From: Lama guanicoe
Taxonomy: Eukaryota
Reading direction: 5' to 3'
Length of the DNA: 64,000 nt
NCBI GenBank assembly: GCA_013239625.1
Contig: MU054187.1
Coordinates: 18,716,711 to 18,780,710 of the forward strand
A program made the translations under genes and the position numbers. The notes under the pieces were generated by a model. The model did not search any database. It was given only the letters and a program-made list of their open reading frames with translations, and was not told the origin of the DNA. Shown piece after piece: positions 62,291 through 64,000 of the stretch. Numbering within the stretch: the stretch's first letter is position 1; the number at the start of each line of letters is the position of its first letter.

Positions 62291-62799
62291 TAGGCAGGAG
62301 GTACCCAGGCAGAGAGGGGCCAGAGAAAGATGATCCATGGGAGGTACGTGAGCCAAGAGCCAGTACTGCCCAAAACAGATTCCCATAAGCAGCACTAGAA
62401 ACTCTCCCTCCCATTGCTTCCTTGTAAAATACCGTGAACCCATGGAAGGGGCATGGAGCGGAGTGTCTGAGGCTGCAATGTATCATTATTCTGCGAAGCA
62501 ATTTATCAAGCACGAATCGTAGGTCATATACATTTCCTCCACTGTACTAAGCTTTTTCTCAAAGGCTAGTGTCTCATCTGAGATTTATTTCTCTTTATCA
62601 GGAAATTGTTCTGGTCAGGAGTTAAAACACATCCATGGACAAGATCTAGCAGTTAGAAGCATTGGCTCTGAAATCAAGCACACCTGGCTTTGAATTCAGG
62701 TCCTATCTCTGCCTGTGGGTTGGGTGTCCACGGCCACAGCCACTGCCATGGTTCCTTCCACAAGAGGAGCCTGTCAGCGCCAGGAAAAGGCAGAAAGGA

Positions 62800-63510
62800 G
62801 GCCACAGGAGGGAAGGAGAAGGAACCTAGATCTTTTAGGATGAAAAAAAAATGGGGTAAAGAGAAAAGAGGAAGGCATTCTAGGTGAAGAAAGGAGCATG
62901 TGCCAAGGCTTGGAATTGTACGTGTGGAAAGTGGGACATGAGAAGATGAAGCTGACTTGAGGAATAAGGGGGAGTTTCATTCTGGACACACAAATGAGCA
63001 TTTCCTGTTGAAGATCTAAGCGGAGTTGCTCAGAGCATAGTCAGGGTGACAGGCAGGATTCAAATTCAGGTGAGAGTTAAGAGCTGGAGATTTATATACA
63101 CAAGAAAGAACTGTTCCTTGATGTAAAGCGCTGAGAGAAGGAGAAAAAAGAAAAGAAATGTTTGTTGGAAGGAAGGAAAAACATAAGAAAGGGAAAATGG
63201 GAAGAGAAAAAGAAAAGAGATGAGTATGTGAATAAAGAGAGAAAAGAACAAAATCAGGGTGATGTGTGTCATGGAAGCTTGGGGAGGAGAGAATTTAATT
63301 TGAAGGAGGAGTTGTCAGTCATGCCAAATACTGTAAAGAGGCCAAAGGGGATTAGAGCTGTTACAGAGATCACTGAACACAGACAGCAACTTAAGATATG
63401 TATTTCTAGCTGGAGGATGGAGGCAGACATCCAATGCAGGGAGTCCTGGACTGACTGTGGGTAAGTACTTGGAGACAGCTAGTGTGCAATGGCTTTTTAC
63501 AAATTTGGAT
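62800..63510 (-). mobile_element. L2 fragment
   Basis: Purine-rich antisense L2, 'gtcagtcatgccaaatactgtaaagaggccaaag', 'ttggagacagctagtgt'. Confidence 0.65.
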
Positions 63511-64000
63511 GCGAGACAAAGATGCCCGCTGTTATTGCTATTATTTCACATTGATTTGAAACTTCTAACCCAATGCATTTATTGCAAGAGAAAGAAAGAG
63601 AGATAATAATTGAAAATAAGTTAGCAAAACACATTCACTATCTGTAAGTTGTATTACATTTTACCTATGGTGCCTCAAAGATGCACATTAAAAAACTAGT
63701 AAACTTAAAAAGGACTTATTAAGACTAATACATTGGCTCACAAGGTGACTAATTACAAAGTAAATATATGGCCATTGGTTAATTAAAAAAAAATCCAGTT
63801 TACAGGAGGAACTCAAAGTGACTAAAAAGAAGGACTGAGTCAGTAGAAAGACCTAAGTTATTCAACATTGTATATGTATCAATTATCCTCAGGTTAACTT
63901 AAGTGTTTAGTACAACTCCATTCAAAATTCCAGTGCAGTCATGGGGGTCACTTGATAAATCAATTCGAAATACCATTAAGGATAGAAGATTGGATCCCAC
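63510..64000 (+). mobile_element. Ancient L1 ORF2 fragment
   Basis: 'gagacaaagatgcccgct...gcaagagaaagaaa...caactccattcaaaattccag'. Confidence 0.65.

Overview
Mammalian genomic DNA that is repeat-rich and mostly non-coding. It is most likely camelid (camel, alpaca or llama): about 16 copies of a tRNA-Ala(AGC)-derived SINE fit the camelid Vic-1 type, and many artiodactyl-style L1 3' ends are present. Much of the window is interspersed repeat (L1, L2, MIR, MER5A, MER20, MLT1 and three probable solo LTRs). I could not identify any protein-coding gene, and the ORF track is almost all noise or repeat-derived. Non-repeat signal: a candidate minus-strand spliced transcript start with RFX X-box motifs (about 4.5-6.6 kb), a CpG island with a polypurine tract and a candidate plus-strand exon pair (about 9-11.4 kb), a second CpG-retaining promoter-like region (about 34-35.6 kb), and two motif-dense, repeat-free enhancer candidates (about 31.7-32.1 kb and 44.7-45.6 kb). 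I found no well-supported new biological system. Repeat family names come from recalled consensus sequences, not a database search, and boundaries are approximate unless a TSD is given.
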